From Albugo candida (Eukaryota): a DNA stretch of 64,000 nt. The notes under the pieces were generated by a model that saw nothing but the letters and a program-made list of their open reading frames with translations, did not search any database and was not told where the DNA came from. The stretch spans positions 124,001 to 188,000 of the forward strand of contig JBDOQK010000001.1 of assembly GCA_040437565.1 (NCBI GenBank), written 5' to 3'. Shown one piece after another: positions 10,751-22,604 of this stretch; the first letter of the stretch is position 1, and every line of letters starts with the position of its first letter. The translations under genes and the position numbers were made by a program.

Positions 10751-13635
10751 ATGAATCAAAGGCTCAAATCGTCGCATGCGGTCGTCCGATTGCTATATCA
10801 CTGGATTTTTGTATCTCTCGTGCGATTCTATACATTGACTGAATGCGCGTATTACGCTCCAAATCACTTTCTCGGCACATGTTTGACAGACAGCTGGGTG
10901 GCTGAGATGGAAAAATTGCATAATATCTCCTCAACGGCTCGAGACGGCAATGGACGTCTTTTCCATCCACTTCTCCATTCCGCTCTAAAGTACCCGCGGT
11001 ACAAAGTACGTACGAAATATCGATCCATTTGCATCGTGATGTCAGGCCCTTGATAGATCAAAGATTTCCGACTCGCAAATGTTTCGGGACTGTATGGGTC
11101 TTGCATGCCTTCTGGCGATATCATTTATGGAAGCGGTGCTGTTGTCAATAGCACCAATGGAAAACTCATCAATGGTGGAAATGTGTCTGACACACTGATC
11201 CTAGAATATCAGGATTTTGCGGCTCCAAGGATGACCACAATGGCGTTCGCAATTCTGGCCGCAGAAATTGTAAGCAACATGAATTGACATGCGTGTGTGC
11301 TGATGCCTAAAGAGCTTATTAGGTCGGGTACAAAGTCTCTTTCTACGGCACAAGTAACACGCTCAATATATCTAATCGTCTACAAGTAGATCTGCCTCGA
11401 GCGCAATGCACACCGACGCACGCGAACTTGGCAGTTCCATCAGAGATAGAGACATATAACCGAATGATAGGGAACGCAGGTAGTACAGGGTACTACCAGA
11501 CGCAAGGCTTTTACACAATCAGAGATCTCGTGCAAGATGGCATGAATTCATCGATATATTCACCAACATTCACAGCTGATTTTTGGCGTGATTACACAAA
11601 AAGTGAGACATTGATACAAAGTCTTCGAGCATCTCTCTTTTTTAATAGCCGCTTCTATCCGCCGTCGAATACATTTTGTGCTAATGGAACTTTGGGCTGT
11701 CTAAATCATTGCTCGAAATCGTATGCTTGTACACTGCGAGAGGCACAGAACCTTGAGTGTATTGTTGTGGTCATGATCAGCTCCGATACCGCGTATGGCT
11801 TTCCGTCTGCTGTTGCGGCCAATCTTGGTATACCTGCATACTTTTGCTACATTGGTCGACCTTCTATGGATCAGTATATTCTTGACGCGTGGAGAAACAA
11901 ACGTGGGGCTCTATTCTACCGTCGTGAGCCTGCAACCGTATACTACCAGTATCCGAACGTGTTTACGCGAGTTGCATTCCCGTATACTGATCCAGCAAAA
12001 ATAGCACGAAACACTTGGGCGTTTGGAGAAAATGGTTATGGTAATATTACGAATAATCCTGTTGATGTCGAGTACCCCGTAGACAGTTTGCAAAAACGTT
12101 ATGCTGTAGTGCTTTATCGAGAGAGAGAGGGCAACGCGCAAGCATTCAGTATGCTTTATGGGTACAAAGTGTCCGATTTTCATATGTACAATATGATGAA
12201 CTATTATGTTAATCTCACTAATGTATCCGCAACCGCACCGCCCGATGGAATATTTTCTGCAGCGTGTCGGTGGGTTCAAGAAAACTACGATTACTGGGCT
12301 GGGTGGATGCCACTATTACCGCTGTGTACGATGAGTGAGCACGTATACTACACGGTGGCTGGTTGTGACGATTTAAGCAATGCCACATATTTCGACCACA
12401 CTATTCGATTCTTTTGGCGTCAACCACATCCGGAAAATAAGTCGATACCGTACAATTGCGACGGTGGATTACCTCAACTCCCATCCGATCTTGTGACAAG
12501 TCGATCGTGCAATTGGATTAAATCCAATGAAAATGTCTGGCGTGACTGGACCAAAAAGCGACCGGTATGCGATTTAACACATTTGACATTTAATGTTTCG
12601 AAATGTCGAGGAGATATCACTCGAGTTATATCACTTTACTGGAAAGTTCCGCTAGCGAATGATTCGAGTGTATCACATGAGTGTGTGGAGGGCTACACAT
12701 TGCCAATGAGAGAGATTGTGATCGACTGTGAATATATTCCATCATCGTCCACATTAGCAATCGCAGTGTTTTTGATTGCCTGCATTGTCATGGTTTTCAT
12801 TCTGTTTGCAACGATCATCGTTGCTATGAAGCGAAATACTCCGATTTTTCGACGTTCGCAACCGGAATTTCTCGCAACAATGCTCCTTGGGGGTATTCTC
12901 ATATGCTTAGCTATAATAGCATACGCAGGCAGACCGACTCCCGGGTACTGCGCAACTCGTCCAGTACTTCTCTCTTTTGGCTTTACAAGTATCTTCGGCT
13001 CACTCATGCTCAAGTCAATGCGCGTGTACCGAATTTTTTTGGCAAGATCACTCAAACGTGTCGTTTTGAAAACCAATACCATGTTTCAGATGCTCGGGAC
13101 GATTTATTTGGTCGACATTGGTATTTTCGTGGCGTGGTTCAGCACGGATTTCCCTTACCCGACTTACGAAAAGGACTCTAGCATCTCACTTTCTACAGCG
13201 GAGGAAGAGACAAGTCTCAGTCTACCAGTTTGGAAGCTCAAATGTATATCTGGAAATCCGATTTTCGTCTCTTTATTGATGTTTTCAAAAGCGATTTTGT
13301 TGTGCACTGGACTTTTTCTATCATTCAAAATTCGAAAGGTCTCGACAGACTTTCAGGAATCCGTGTGGATATTTGCCTCGTCGGTCGTCGTGGTATTTGC
13401 AACGGTGATGATATTTCCGATGGCGTATTTCTTCCCAGTCTCTGCAAAGACTTTTTACCTTATCTTTAGTGTGTGTCTCGTTCTTTGCACGATTGCGATT
13501 ATCAGCATGATGCTCATTCCCAAATTGTCAAAGCTCAATGATCCGGTACAAAAATATACATCTGAAAGCGTTGCTCCTTCTCAGGCGGAGAGCACAGAAG
13601 TAGAGAGCCCGGTGAAGGCAAAGACTGATCGATAA
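10751..13635 (+). CDS. Class C-like (7tm_3 / GABA-B-like) GPCR with ProX/OpuAC-like periplasmic-binding ectodomain and Cys-rich repeats
   Basis: Three exons (about 10751-11007, 11058-11269, 11323-13635). The C-terminal 7TM region carries class C motifs RNTPIFRRSQPEFL, GSLMLKSMRVYRIF, KIRKVSTDFQES and LIPK. The N-terminus is signal-like. Confidence 0.8.
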
Positions 13636-14912
13636 AACAATGAATGGAGCCTATAGGAGTCAGTAGTGAGCAATTGCAATGTTACAAATGTTGAATTTTT
13701 GTTACCTAGCCATCTCGCTTGTTTAAACACTTGTTGGAAAACGCTCGTTCGTCAGAAGAGTACGGTCAATTTACGTTAATTACATAACTATCGCATAAAT
13801 CAATGTCTCTGTCAAGTGAACGTTCTAGATTGTTCTTNNNNNNNNNNNNNNNNNNNNNNNNNNNNNNNNNNNNNNNNNNNNNNNNNNNNNNNNNNNNNNN
13901 NNNNNNNNNNNNNNNNNNNNNNNNNNNNNNNNNNNNNCGGAATTTCTCGCAACAATGCTCCTTGGGGGTATTCTCATATGCTTAGCTATAATAGCATACG
14001 CAGGCAGACCGACTCCCGGGTACTGCGCAACTCGTCCAGTACTTCTCTCTTTTGGCTTTACAAGTATCTTCGGCTCACTCATGCTCAAGTCAATGCGCGT
14101 GTACCGAATTTTTTTGGCAAGATCACTCAAACGTGTCGTTTTGAAAACCAATACCATGTTTCAGATGCTCGGGACGATTTATTTGGTCGACATTGGTATT
14201 TTCGTGGCGTGGTTCAGCACGGATTTCCCTTACCCGACTTACGAAAAGGACTCTAGCATCTCACTTTCTACAGCGGAGGAAGAGACAAGTCTCAGTCTAC
14301 CAGTTTGGAAGCTCAAATGTATATCTGGAAATCCGATTTTCGTCTCTTTATTGATGTTTTCAAAAGCGATTTTGTTGTGCACTGGACTTTTTCTATCATT
14401 CAAAATTCGAAAGGTCTCGACAGACTTTCAGGAATCCGTGTGGATATTTGCCTCGTCGGTCGTCGTGGTATTTGCAACGGTGATGATATTTCCGATGGCG
14501 TATTTCTTCCCAGTCTCTGCAAAGACTTTTTACCTTATCTTTAGTGTGTGTCTCGTTCTTTGCACGATTGCGATTATCAGCATGATGCTCATTCCCAAAT
14601 TGTCAAAGCTCAATGATCCGGTACAAAAATATACATCTGAAAGCGTTGCTCCTTCTCAGGCGGAGAGCACAGAAGTAGAGAGCCCGGTGAAGGCAAAGAC
14701 TGATCGATAAAACAATGAATGGAGCCTATAGGAGTCAGTAGTGAGCAATTGCAATGTTACAAATGTTGAATTTTTGTTACCTAGCCATCTCGCTTGTTTA
14801 AACACTTGTTGGAAAACGCTCGTTCGTCAGAAGAGTACGGTCAATTTACGTTAATTACATAACTATCGCATAAATCAATGTCTCTGTCAAGTGAACGTTC
14901 TAGATTGTTCTT
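12863..14912. repeat. Direct duplication 12863-13837 = 13938-14912 across an N-gap (probable assembly artefact)
   Basis: Offset 1075, bounded by gap 13838-13937; produces a false second GPCR 3' half. Confidence 0.9.
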
Positions 14913-15154
14913 TATGGTCCGATTGCTTTGGAGTCTGTCCACAAGACAGTGAAGTGTGTCCCCGCGCAACGATTTGACGACATAAGGCTCGGCTATGACC
15001 AAACAGGGTTCGGGCGCTCCAGTGACTACGTCCTGTCGCACGGCCAAAATTAGCGATATGTACGTTACTCTAGTACAGCAAGCAATTTGAGAAAAAGAAA
15101 TGTACACTCATCGTGATGGAATAGGGATCTCATCTCATATGCGAAAAGAGCTCG

Positions 15155-15159
15155 CCAAT
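15155..15159 (+). promoter_or_regulatory. Putative CCAAT box (GCCAATCAG context) upstream of the WRKY19-like gene
   Basis: Matches the extended NF-Y consensus about 45 nt upstream of ATG 15201. Confidence 0.35.
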
Positions 15160-15200
15160 CAGTGAATCTTACACTTTGATCTAGCGCAGCAATCTCATAA

Positions 15201-15812
15201 ATGACTTTGTCACAAACTAGCTCTAACCGCAATTGCGTCATGGTATCACAGCAATTGCTACCTACTTTACGTCCATCATATCAATCGACGCATTCAATTA
15301 AACTTGAAGGAGATTTAGCAGCCACAAATGCGTGTGTAGATGGCACCCAGCGGCTTCCTTCTCTCTATAGAATGCTGCAGCGAATCTCATCGAATGATAC
15401 TGACAGTCGCACAGTTGGGCGAAGTGTTCCTCCGTTTGGTTCGTTGTTTCACTTTGAGACTGGACGGTGTTCTCGGTCGCATTCGCCCAGGCTTTCCGGA
15501 CCATGCAAACGTAATTACATACAAATTCCATCTGATTCCAGACGATCTGCGTTACGCACACAAAAGCACTGCAGGATGGAAGGCTGCTTTCGCATTGCTC
15601 AGCGCCAACAGCTTTGTCATAGACATGGCGGCAAACGCTATTGCAAAGCGATGAAATGTTCCTCCAAAGACCGCGGGAACGGATATTGTATCAAGCATGG
15701 AGGCGGTAAATCTTGCATTATCGAAGGATGTCGCAAGAAATCAAGAAAACAAAGTTATTGTACACAGCACTACAGATTATTCACAGATCCAGATGAGTTA
15801 AAACGGCATTAA
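15201..15812 (+). CDS. WRKY19-like Cys/His zinc-repeat protein (C-x4-C-x10-C-x2-HGG repeats)
   Basis: Three repeats: CRMEGCFRIAQRQQLCHRHGG, CKAMKCSSKDRGNGYCIKHGG, CIIEGCRKKSRKQSYCTQH. Confidence 0.8.
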   Translation: MTLSQTSSNRNCVMVSQQLLPTLRPSYQSTHSIKLEGDLAATNACVDGTQRLPSLYRMLQRISSNDTDSRTVGRSVPPFGSLFHFETGRCSRSHSPRLSGPCKRNYIQIPSDSRRSALRTQKHCRMEGCFRIAQRQQLCHRHGGKRYCKAMKCSSKDRGNGYCIKHGGGKSCIIEGCRKKSRKQSYCTQHYRLFTDPDELKRH

Positions 15813-16019
15813 GTGAGTACAAATTTCTCTAACATAACTTGTCCACGCCATCACCCTTCAAAGCAATGCATATTAAGTGCGTGAGTAAATACGTAATTAT
15901 CTAATATAGGCTGCTAGCAGCAAAATTGAATGAATACACACGCATCTCATTTTCTCCGTGCTTGACGACATCTCATGTCGACACTTCCAACATGAAAAAA
16001 TTCTATTTCGGGCACGGCC

Positions 16020-18134
16020 ATGTCAACCGATGTAAATGTCAAAGTGGTGGTCCGATGCCGTCCGATGAATACAAGAGAGACTCAATTAGGCGCAAAATGT
16101 GTCGTGAGTGTGGAGGACAATCATTCCATACGAATTCAGTCGCCTTCAAGTTCGGAAAATGGCTCATCACCCAAACCAAGTGGAGATGGAGCACTCGATG
16201 CCGGCACTAAGTTGTTCACGTTCGATCACGCCTACTTTATCGATTCCACGCAAGAAGAAGTGTACAATGACGTTGCAAAGAGTATCATTGATCAAGCCCT
16301 GCAAGGATTTAATGGAACAATATTTGCATATGGACAAACCGGATCTGGAAAAACGCATACAATGATGGGATCCAGCGATGATTTGGGCATTGTCCCTCGA
16401 ATGTATAAGGATCTATTTGATCGCATACGTGAGGCTCGTGGCACTCATGAGGCGCCACAACCGCTCTCTACTATTAGTATACAGTATCTCGTGACTGTTT
16501 CGTATTTGGAGATATACAATGAGATTTTAAAAGATCTGTTGAGTCCCACGGAAAAAATCCTGAAAATTCGAGAACATCCTGATCTCGGAATATACGTGGA
16601 CAATTTGGCAGAGTTAGTGGTAAAAGAACCAAACGATGTTGCAAGACTACTGCAGCAAGGGAACAAAATTCGTCAAGTTGCAGCAACACAGATGAATGAG
16701 TCAAGTTCTCGATCTCATAGCTGTTTCACCATCAAAGTGTTATCGAAAAAGGAAGAATTTGTGAATGGAATCAACAAAGAAACGACCATGACAGCAAAGA
16801 TCAATTTGGTGGATCTAGCAGGTTCCGAACGTGCTTCCAAGACTGGAGCTTCTGGTGACAGACTAAAAGAGGGCGCGGCAATTAATAAGAGCCTCAGTGC
16901 ACTTGGAAACGTCATCACTATGCTTACAGATCGGTCCAAGAAGAAACAACATGTGCCTTATCGCGACTCTAAGCTCACTCGCTTGTTGCAAGAATCGCTG
17001 GGGGGAAATTCGTTAACGGTTATGATAGCTGCTATCTCACCAGCAGATGACAATTACGACGAAACCTTGACGACACTTCAGTACGCAACCCGAGCCAAAG
17101 CAATCAAAAATGCAACGAAACGGAATGAAGATATCAATGAGCGGTTAATTCGTGAGTTAAGAGAAGAAATTGAAAGATTGAGACAAGTTGTGGCCCGACC
17201 CGTTTCGGCAAGCGAAGAAATGAATAATCCAATTAGAAACGCCGAAATCGTTCTGCAAATGGAAGAGAAGATTGCTAATCTGGAACGTGTAAAGCAGGAG
17301 TCGTGGGAAGAAAGGCAGCGATTGGCCGCTTTGTTTGAGCAGGAAAGACAAGCCAATTTGCGAAATGATCAAAACATACTCGGGTACATGGAAATCGTAA
17401 AAGAGGAAAAACTTCAACTGTTGCATAATATCAAGAAATTACAGCTTGAGAAAGCGCACTTTACAAAGCAAGTTCAACTATCAAAGGAGCAGTATGTAAT
17501 CCACAAGAACGAGCTACAAAAAGAGGTGACGGCGTTTCAAGTTCGGCGAAATGAAACACTGTTCACAACCGAAGAGAAGCAAGATCGGATGAGGGAGATT
17601 GAGGTTAAAAAGCAATGCGTACTTAGTGATCGTGAGCAGCTTGGGAAACTGAGGGAGGCTTTGGTGGAGTGTGAGCGTCAGATAATGCAAGCAGAAGCGG
17701 ATTTAGTCACAAAAGGAAGTTTACTGAATGAAAATGAGATTTTACGAAAAGCGATTCAGGATGACGAGCGTGTAAAAATGAATGCGGAACGAGAAGAATT
17801 CTTACAGCGAACGACACAAGAAGAGAGAATGGAGTTACGCTCAAAATTGATGAAAGAAAGGATAAAATTTAAAGTACTGTTAAGTGCCGCCAAAGAGAAA
17901 GAACAAAAGCTGATAGAGGAAATTGAGAATCAGAAAATTGAAGCTGAGGAGCGACTGATTCGTATTCAATCGGAACACCGACAATGGAAGCAACATGTAA
18001 CTCGTGAACTATCACAAAAGTTTACCAGTCTCAGCGAATCTTTTGAATCCGAATACAGCCAATTGGAGACAAAGTATCTTCGCGCCGTTGCGCTGTTGCG
18101 GCAATTGCATAGCGACATGTCGACGAATCTGTGA
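16020..18134 (+). CDS. Kinesin with N-terminal motor (kinesin-3/2-like) and long coiled-coil tail
   Basis: VVVRCRP, GQTGSGKT, NESSSRSH, LVDLAGSE and HVPYRDSKLTRLLQESLGGN; 704-aa intronless ORF; no FHA domain evident. Confidence 0.95.
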   Translation: MSTDVNVKVVVRCRPMNTRETQLGAKCVVSVEDNHSIRIQSPSSSENGSSPKPSGDGALDAGTKLFTFDHAYFIDSTQEEVYNDVAKSIIDQALQGFNGTIFAYGQTGSGKTHTMMGSSDDLGIVPRMYKDLFDRIREARGTHEAPQPLSTISIQYLVTVSYLEIYNEILKDLLSPTEKILKIREHPDLGIYVDNLAELVVKEPNDVARLLQQGNKIRQVAATQMNESSSRSHSCFTIKVLSKKEEFVNGINKETTMTAKINLVDLAGSERASKTGASGDRLKEGAAINKSLSALGNVITMLTDRSKKKQHVPYRDSKLTRLLQESLGGNSLTVMIAAISPADDNYDETLTTLQYATRAKAIKNATKRNEDINERLIRELREEIERLRQVVARPVSASEEMNNPIRNAEIVLQMEEKIANLERVKQESWEERQRLAALFEQERQANLRNDQNILGYMEIVKEEKLQLLHNIKKLQLEKAHFTKQVQLSKEQYVIHKNELQKEVTAFQVRRNETLFTTEEKQDRMREIEVKKQCVLSDREQLGKLREALVECERQIMQAEADLVTKGSLLNENEILRKAIQDDERVKMNAEREEFLQRTTQEERMELRSKLMKERIKFKVLLSAAKEKEQKLIEEIENQKIEAEERLIRIQSEHRQWKQHVTRELSQKFTSLSESFESEYSQLETKYLRAVALLRQLHSDMSTNL

Positions 18135-18203
18135 AGCAGATTCTCAGATCTGAGATTTTCTGACTCTGCAGGGGACTACTAATAAGGATAAGTGGAAAGC
18201 AGA

Positions 18204-19098
18204 ATGGCGGGACCAGAATTGGACATTGATGGCTTTTTAGCCAAACTTGTGGCAACTAGACAAGAAATGGAACGATGGATAGAGATAAAGAAGAAACAGC
18301 TACAAACGCAAAAGCGCGCTTTTTCTGTTGATATGCAACAAAAGGAAAAAGATCAACGGGAAGCTCAGATGTATCAAACTCAATTAGACCATCAGCAGGA
18401 ATCTACCATAAAGCGTATGTCAACACGGGAATGCCCAAAAGAAGTGAACACTTATCACTCCGATGTAGAATGCACTGAGAAAGAAAATGTGTTGCGTGAG
18501 AATCAGTTCGAAATTGAACTCTTACAGTCCGAGAAAGCCAAAAAGGAACCAGTTTTACGTCAATTATTCGAGTACAACCAGCTAGAAAATGAAAAGTTGC
18601 AGGCTTTATTAAACGGTACAATAGTGCTAATAGTCTTTTTCTTGTCTAAAGGCTTTCCATCGACAGACGCAACCGTTCAAAAGCAGAAACAACAGCAGCA
18701 GCTGGAGGAATTAGAACGCGGCTTACGAATGTATCAGCGTCTTGGGCTATTTTTCGATCATGATGGAGGTACGAGATTCAGTAGCTAGCGTTGCACTCAA
18801 TATCCAATTTGAATTTTCTTCGCTTTAGCGGATAAAATCATGGTTCGCTTCACCCAAATTGATCGGAAAGAGCCTCAGCGTCAGTTTTTTTGCCGTGTTC
18901 GCATTCACCCACACAACGATCAGTTTATTGGTACCTTTTCACTCGACTACCGGCTTTCATTAACGATCTTTGTTTATAGTGGACGACTGTACACCTCCGA
19001 TACCCAATCTTGCTGTAATGGTCAAAGAGCTGAATGCTAATGGCGATCTTTCTTACTTTATTCGACGTATGCGGAGGGAATTTAAGCAATTGATTTAG
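18204..19098 (+). CDS. SPC25: Kinetochore NDC80 complex subunit Spc25
   Basis: N-terminal coiled coil, then the spliced RWD-like C-terminus YQRLGLFF...MVRFTQIDRKEPQRQF...VDDCTPPIPNL...ELNANGDLSYFIRRMRREFKQLI*. Four GT-AG introns. Confidence 0.85.
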
Positions 19099-19104
19099 TT
19101 ATTA

Positions 19105-19734
19105 TCAGATACGCTGACGCTTCTTTTCGCTTCGATTCTCAGCACCATAACGGGGTGACAAATTGCCGCTGGAAGATTCGGACAATGGTTGCGGTCCAAT
19201 AAACGTGCTTTCTTGCTCGTTTTGCCGCTTTTCCACCGCTTTCGATTGCTTTACTCCCGACAAACATTCTTCAGGAATGCACCCAGATCTTCTGAGAAGT
19301 AATTCCCGTCGCTCCTTCAGCTTGTTCGCTGTGTCAGTAACTGATTCGCATTGAGGAGCGTATTGGATATTTAACAAACTGCCATAGAAAGATTTCTTCC
19401 CTCCTCGTGCTTTTGCAAAACGGGCATTCGTCACTGTTTCATATTTTATCCAAACGGTGTCTGTGTACTTAACGGTAAATTCGCGGTCTGCCGCGTCGCT
19501 TTCTTGTAACGCTGTGATAAATTTGTCGCGATCACTGATATGATCGAGAACGTGATGTTCACAAATTGTTCCAAACTCGCGAAATCTTTCTATCAATTCT
19601 GGTAGAACGCCAACGGATGGTATATTGCTGACGACAATGTACCTAGACTCGTGATTTACAGTATACACACAGACATTTCGATCCGATCGATCGTGTCTAA
19701 CACGCATTTCGATGACACAAATGGATATCAACAT
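19105..19734 (-). CDS. RBM48: RNA-binding protein 48 (minor spliceosome-associated RRM protein)
   Basis: VYTVNHESRYIVVSNIP, FGTI, YTDTVWIKY, ARFAK, FYGSLLNIQYAPQCESVTDTANKLKERR. The start could instead be ATG 19707. Confidence 0.85.
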   Translation of the reverse strand: MLISICVIEMRVRHDRSDRNVCVYTVNHESRYIVVSNIPSVGVLPELIERFREFGTICEHHVLDHISDRDKFITALQESDAADREFTVKYTDTVWIKYETVTNARFAKARGGKKSFYGSLLNIQYAPQCESVTDTANKLKERRELLLRRSGCIPEECLSGVKQSKAVEKRQNEQESTFIGPQPLSESSSGNLSPRYGAENRSEKKRQRI

Positions 19735-19777
19735 TCACAGGTTATTAACATAGATAAACCGCGCAATATATAAATAA

Positions 19778-20744
19778 CTAAGCATTGCTAAGCACTTGAT
19801 TCTCTTTGCCCAAATTACTCGCAGTTCGCGCTCGATGTAATTCAGTTCCAATGATTTGGTCACCCTTCAGGTTGTTTGCATTCCATCGGACATCGGTATT
19901 TTTCATCGTGGAAAGACTGTCCTCATGATTTTGTTCTCGAGATACTTGGCCTTCTCGTGGAGTTCGATCGTCTTCTATCCCTGCCAGAGATCTTCGAATA
20001 GCCTCCATCAGCATCAATTGTTCGAGGTAGGATGAATCTCGCAAACTCGAACTTGCAGAAAGTTCGGTATCCACAGAAACCGACGAAAGACAATTATTAC
20101 GCAATTGAGTTCGAAACTCTTGATGAAATAGTTCTCGATCGGCGACCGTCGCCACTTGAGTGCAATCAAGCGGGTTCGCTGAATTGTTCGCTGGAGTTTC
20201 CTACACAAACCTGTGAAAATGATTCTACATGACAATTGGCTATAATCCTACCTGGTCGGTTCCCTTCTGTTTATGAGATGCAGCTATGAGAACACTTGAA
20301 CCGAGTGCTCGAAAGTGTACGGTAAAGCCATCATGATTGCAAAATGGACAGCACACGCGTTTCTTCGGAGGCTTTAATTGCAGATAACACTCGGAGCACA
20401 CTGATTTCTTGCAGCAGGTCGAAGTATTCAGTGCTTTTGGGTAATACTACACGAAAATCTCATCAGCAAAGAAACACTTATGTCACAATCGTTGCTCACC
20501 AACAAACATATCGGACACTCTTCTGTATACACACAATCATCATTCTCTTTTCCGGGAATCCGTGGCGCAAGTTTTTCTTCCATTATAAGCTTTCGTACCG
20601 ACTTTGAGTCCCACGGGCAAGATGCATATAACCTGTCAGATTGCGCTCAGAAGCGCCTGAAAAGCGTGCAAATACCACGTACCCTGTTGATCGTGTATAC
20701 TTGAGTAGATTGCAGGTCGACATATTTGATTTTGCATTGCCCAT
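19778..20744 (-). CDS. GW2/DA2/SIP5-like RING E3 ubiquitin ligase (N-terminal MG)
   Basis: Spliced: MGNAKS...YTRSTGLYASCPWDSKSVRKLIMEEKLAP...[32 protein letters not shown]...CPFC, with C-terminal LEQLMLMEAIRRSL. Confidence 0.82.
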
Positions 20745-21049
20745 GGTGAAATAAAAGTGGTGTTAAATCGTCTCGGATTCCCGACAGTTGCACAATGTCA
20801 CGACCCTTCTCGTATTACGATAATAACAGATACAGCTCAATGACTATTAAGAATTACATCAATAGACGAAATTGATGGAAGGAAGTTTGGGGACGATGGA
20901 CGTATGGACGTCTATAATGACAAATGACTTTCCCATGTCGATGATCGGCAGCCACCAGCTGGAAATGATGAACGTCGAGCGATTCCATGAAGATAGCAAG
21001 TTATGTTCGATCCATAACCGTTAAGCGATCTTTAAGCGTTCACTGAGAA

Positions 21050-22604
21050 ATGAATGGACGCGGAATGGAGTACGACAGTTTTGCGCAAAGGGCAGAGTCG
21101 TCTCCACTCTTACGCGCATTGCAGACTACGTACGAGACAGAGGAAAATCACTTTTATGACAGTAATGAGCTGGAGAATGGTACACTATTTATCCTCTATA
21201 GAAGGCTCTTACTATATAATTGTGTTTACAGAGTTGGACCAAACACTCTACTCGATCGACCCGTCGACGCCAAACTCGAGCGAACATCGGGACAGCGCGT
21301 TTTCGTATAAAAGTCCAGTGATATTCGCGGAAAAAGCATTAGGAGCTATACTTCATGGCGCATTACTTTACGCGTTGTGTTGTATTATTGGCATTGCATT
21401 CATATCACTCAAATTTGAAGGATTATTAGGCAATCGAGTCAATTGGTATATCGTCTTCCTACCGTTTTGGGGTGCCAATGTGCTGATTATAATCGCGCAT
21501 TTTCTTTCCTTCCGACATGCGAAAAAATTGCGTCAATGGGCCGAAGTGGAAACTATGGAGAATGAGCCTTTGTTACCTCTTTTACGTCGTGTGATGATGA
21601 TTTATTCCATCAGTGTTCCGTTGACCGGCTTGCTTTTTTGGTGCGAATTAGCGTTCTGCTTACAGCTGTCCAATGAAGGAAAAACGAGCTTTTACTTTTG
21701 TTACGTTCCGCTGATGCTCATCCAATTGGCTTTTGTCGCTCGTTATATGCTCTGTTTTGCGCACAGCTCACTCCCAGTAATACTAGGTGCTTATTACAGC
21801 TGTTTTGAAACCTTATGTTTGTGCTTTTAGGCGGTTTGTTGGATGCTAAGCTTTGTTTTTACCCTTCTTTTGGGCTATCAAACCAGTACAGCGACCGCAC
21901 GATTTCATGGAATTCCGAGTGTCAGGGAATCTATAGAGCATCCTCAAATCTTTCCGTTATCGTGGTGGACCGTATTGACTCCACTGCTCGCATTAGAAGC
22001 TTTAATGGCTTTGAATTTGGGCGTCATTTTGTACAACGAATTTTCAGGAATTTATCGTATGACAAAATGGCAATTATGTGCAGCTGTTCTGTATACTGTT
22101 GGTTTAATTATGATGATCACAGGACAACTCCTACTGCTCTTATATAAAATCGATATCAGATGGGGAACGTTCAATTTTCCTTCAGCGTGTGTGCTTCTCG
22201 GTATATTTGGTATTTGTATCGGTATATATACTGTTGGAAAACATCACGTTAAGGTGTTAATGGCCACACGCGGTGGGGCTGTACCTGTTCCATTGACACG
22301 CACCAAGCAGGGATGGATCACTAATCACGCTATGGTTGAACACTGGAGCTTATTTGGCGAGATTTATCTAACAGCTTATGGTCTACGCAAACGACAGCAC
22401 CATAAAGAGAAGCGCGTTCCCAGCCAAGTCGATTCATCTCGCGATCTCTTCTTGCGATGGCCTCTTTTGACAATTTTCACAAAGATGTTTCAGCGGTTTT
22501 CGAAGAAGCCAGATCCGGATGAATCACCAGATATATTGGCGCGACAGTATGGCGGTCGACGAACGTCTGGAATTTACAGCAATATATCGACCGAGTTTTG
22601 CTAA
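21050..22604 (+). CDS. TMEM185 / transmembrane Fragile-X-F-associated family protein
   Basis: Multi-pass hydrophobic protein with LKFEG...NWYIVFLPFW and SWWTVLTPL motifs; two introns join the 21050, 21054 and 21843 ORF frames. Confidence 0.7.

Noticed and set aside
13955-14710. Second, truncated GPCR gene
   Set aside because: Identical to the 3' part of the first copy and starts at the gap.
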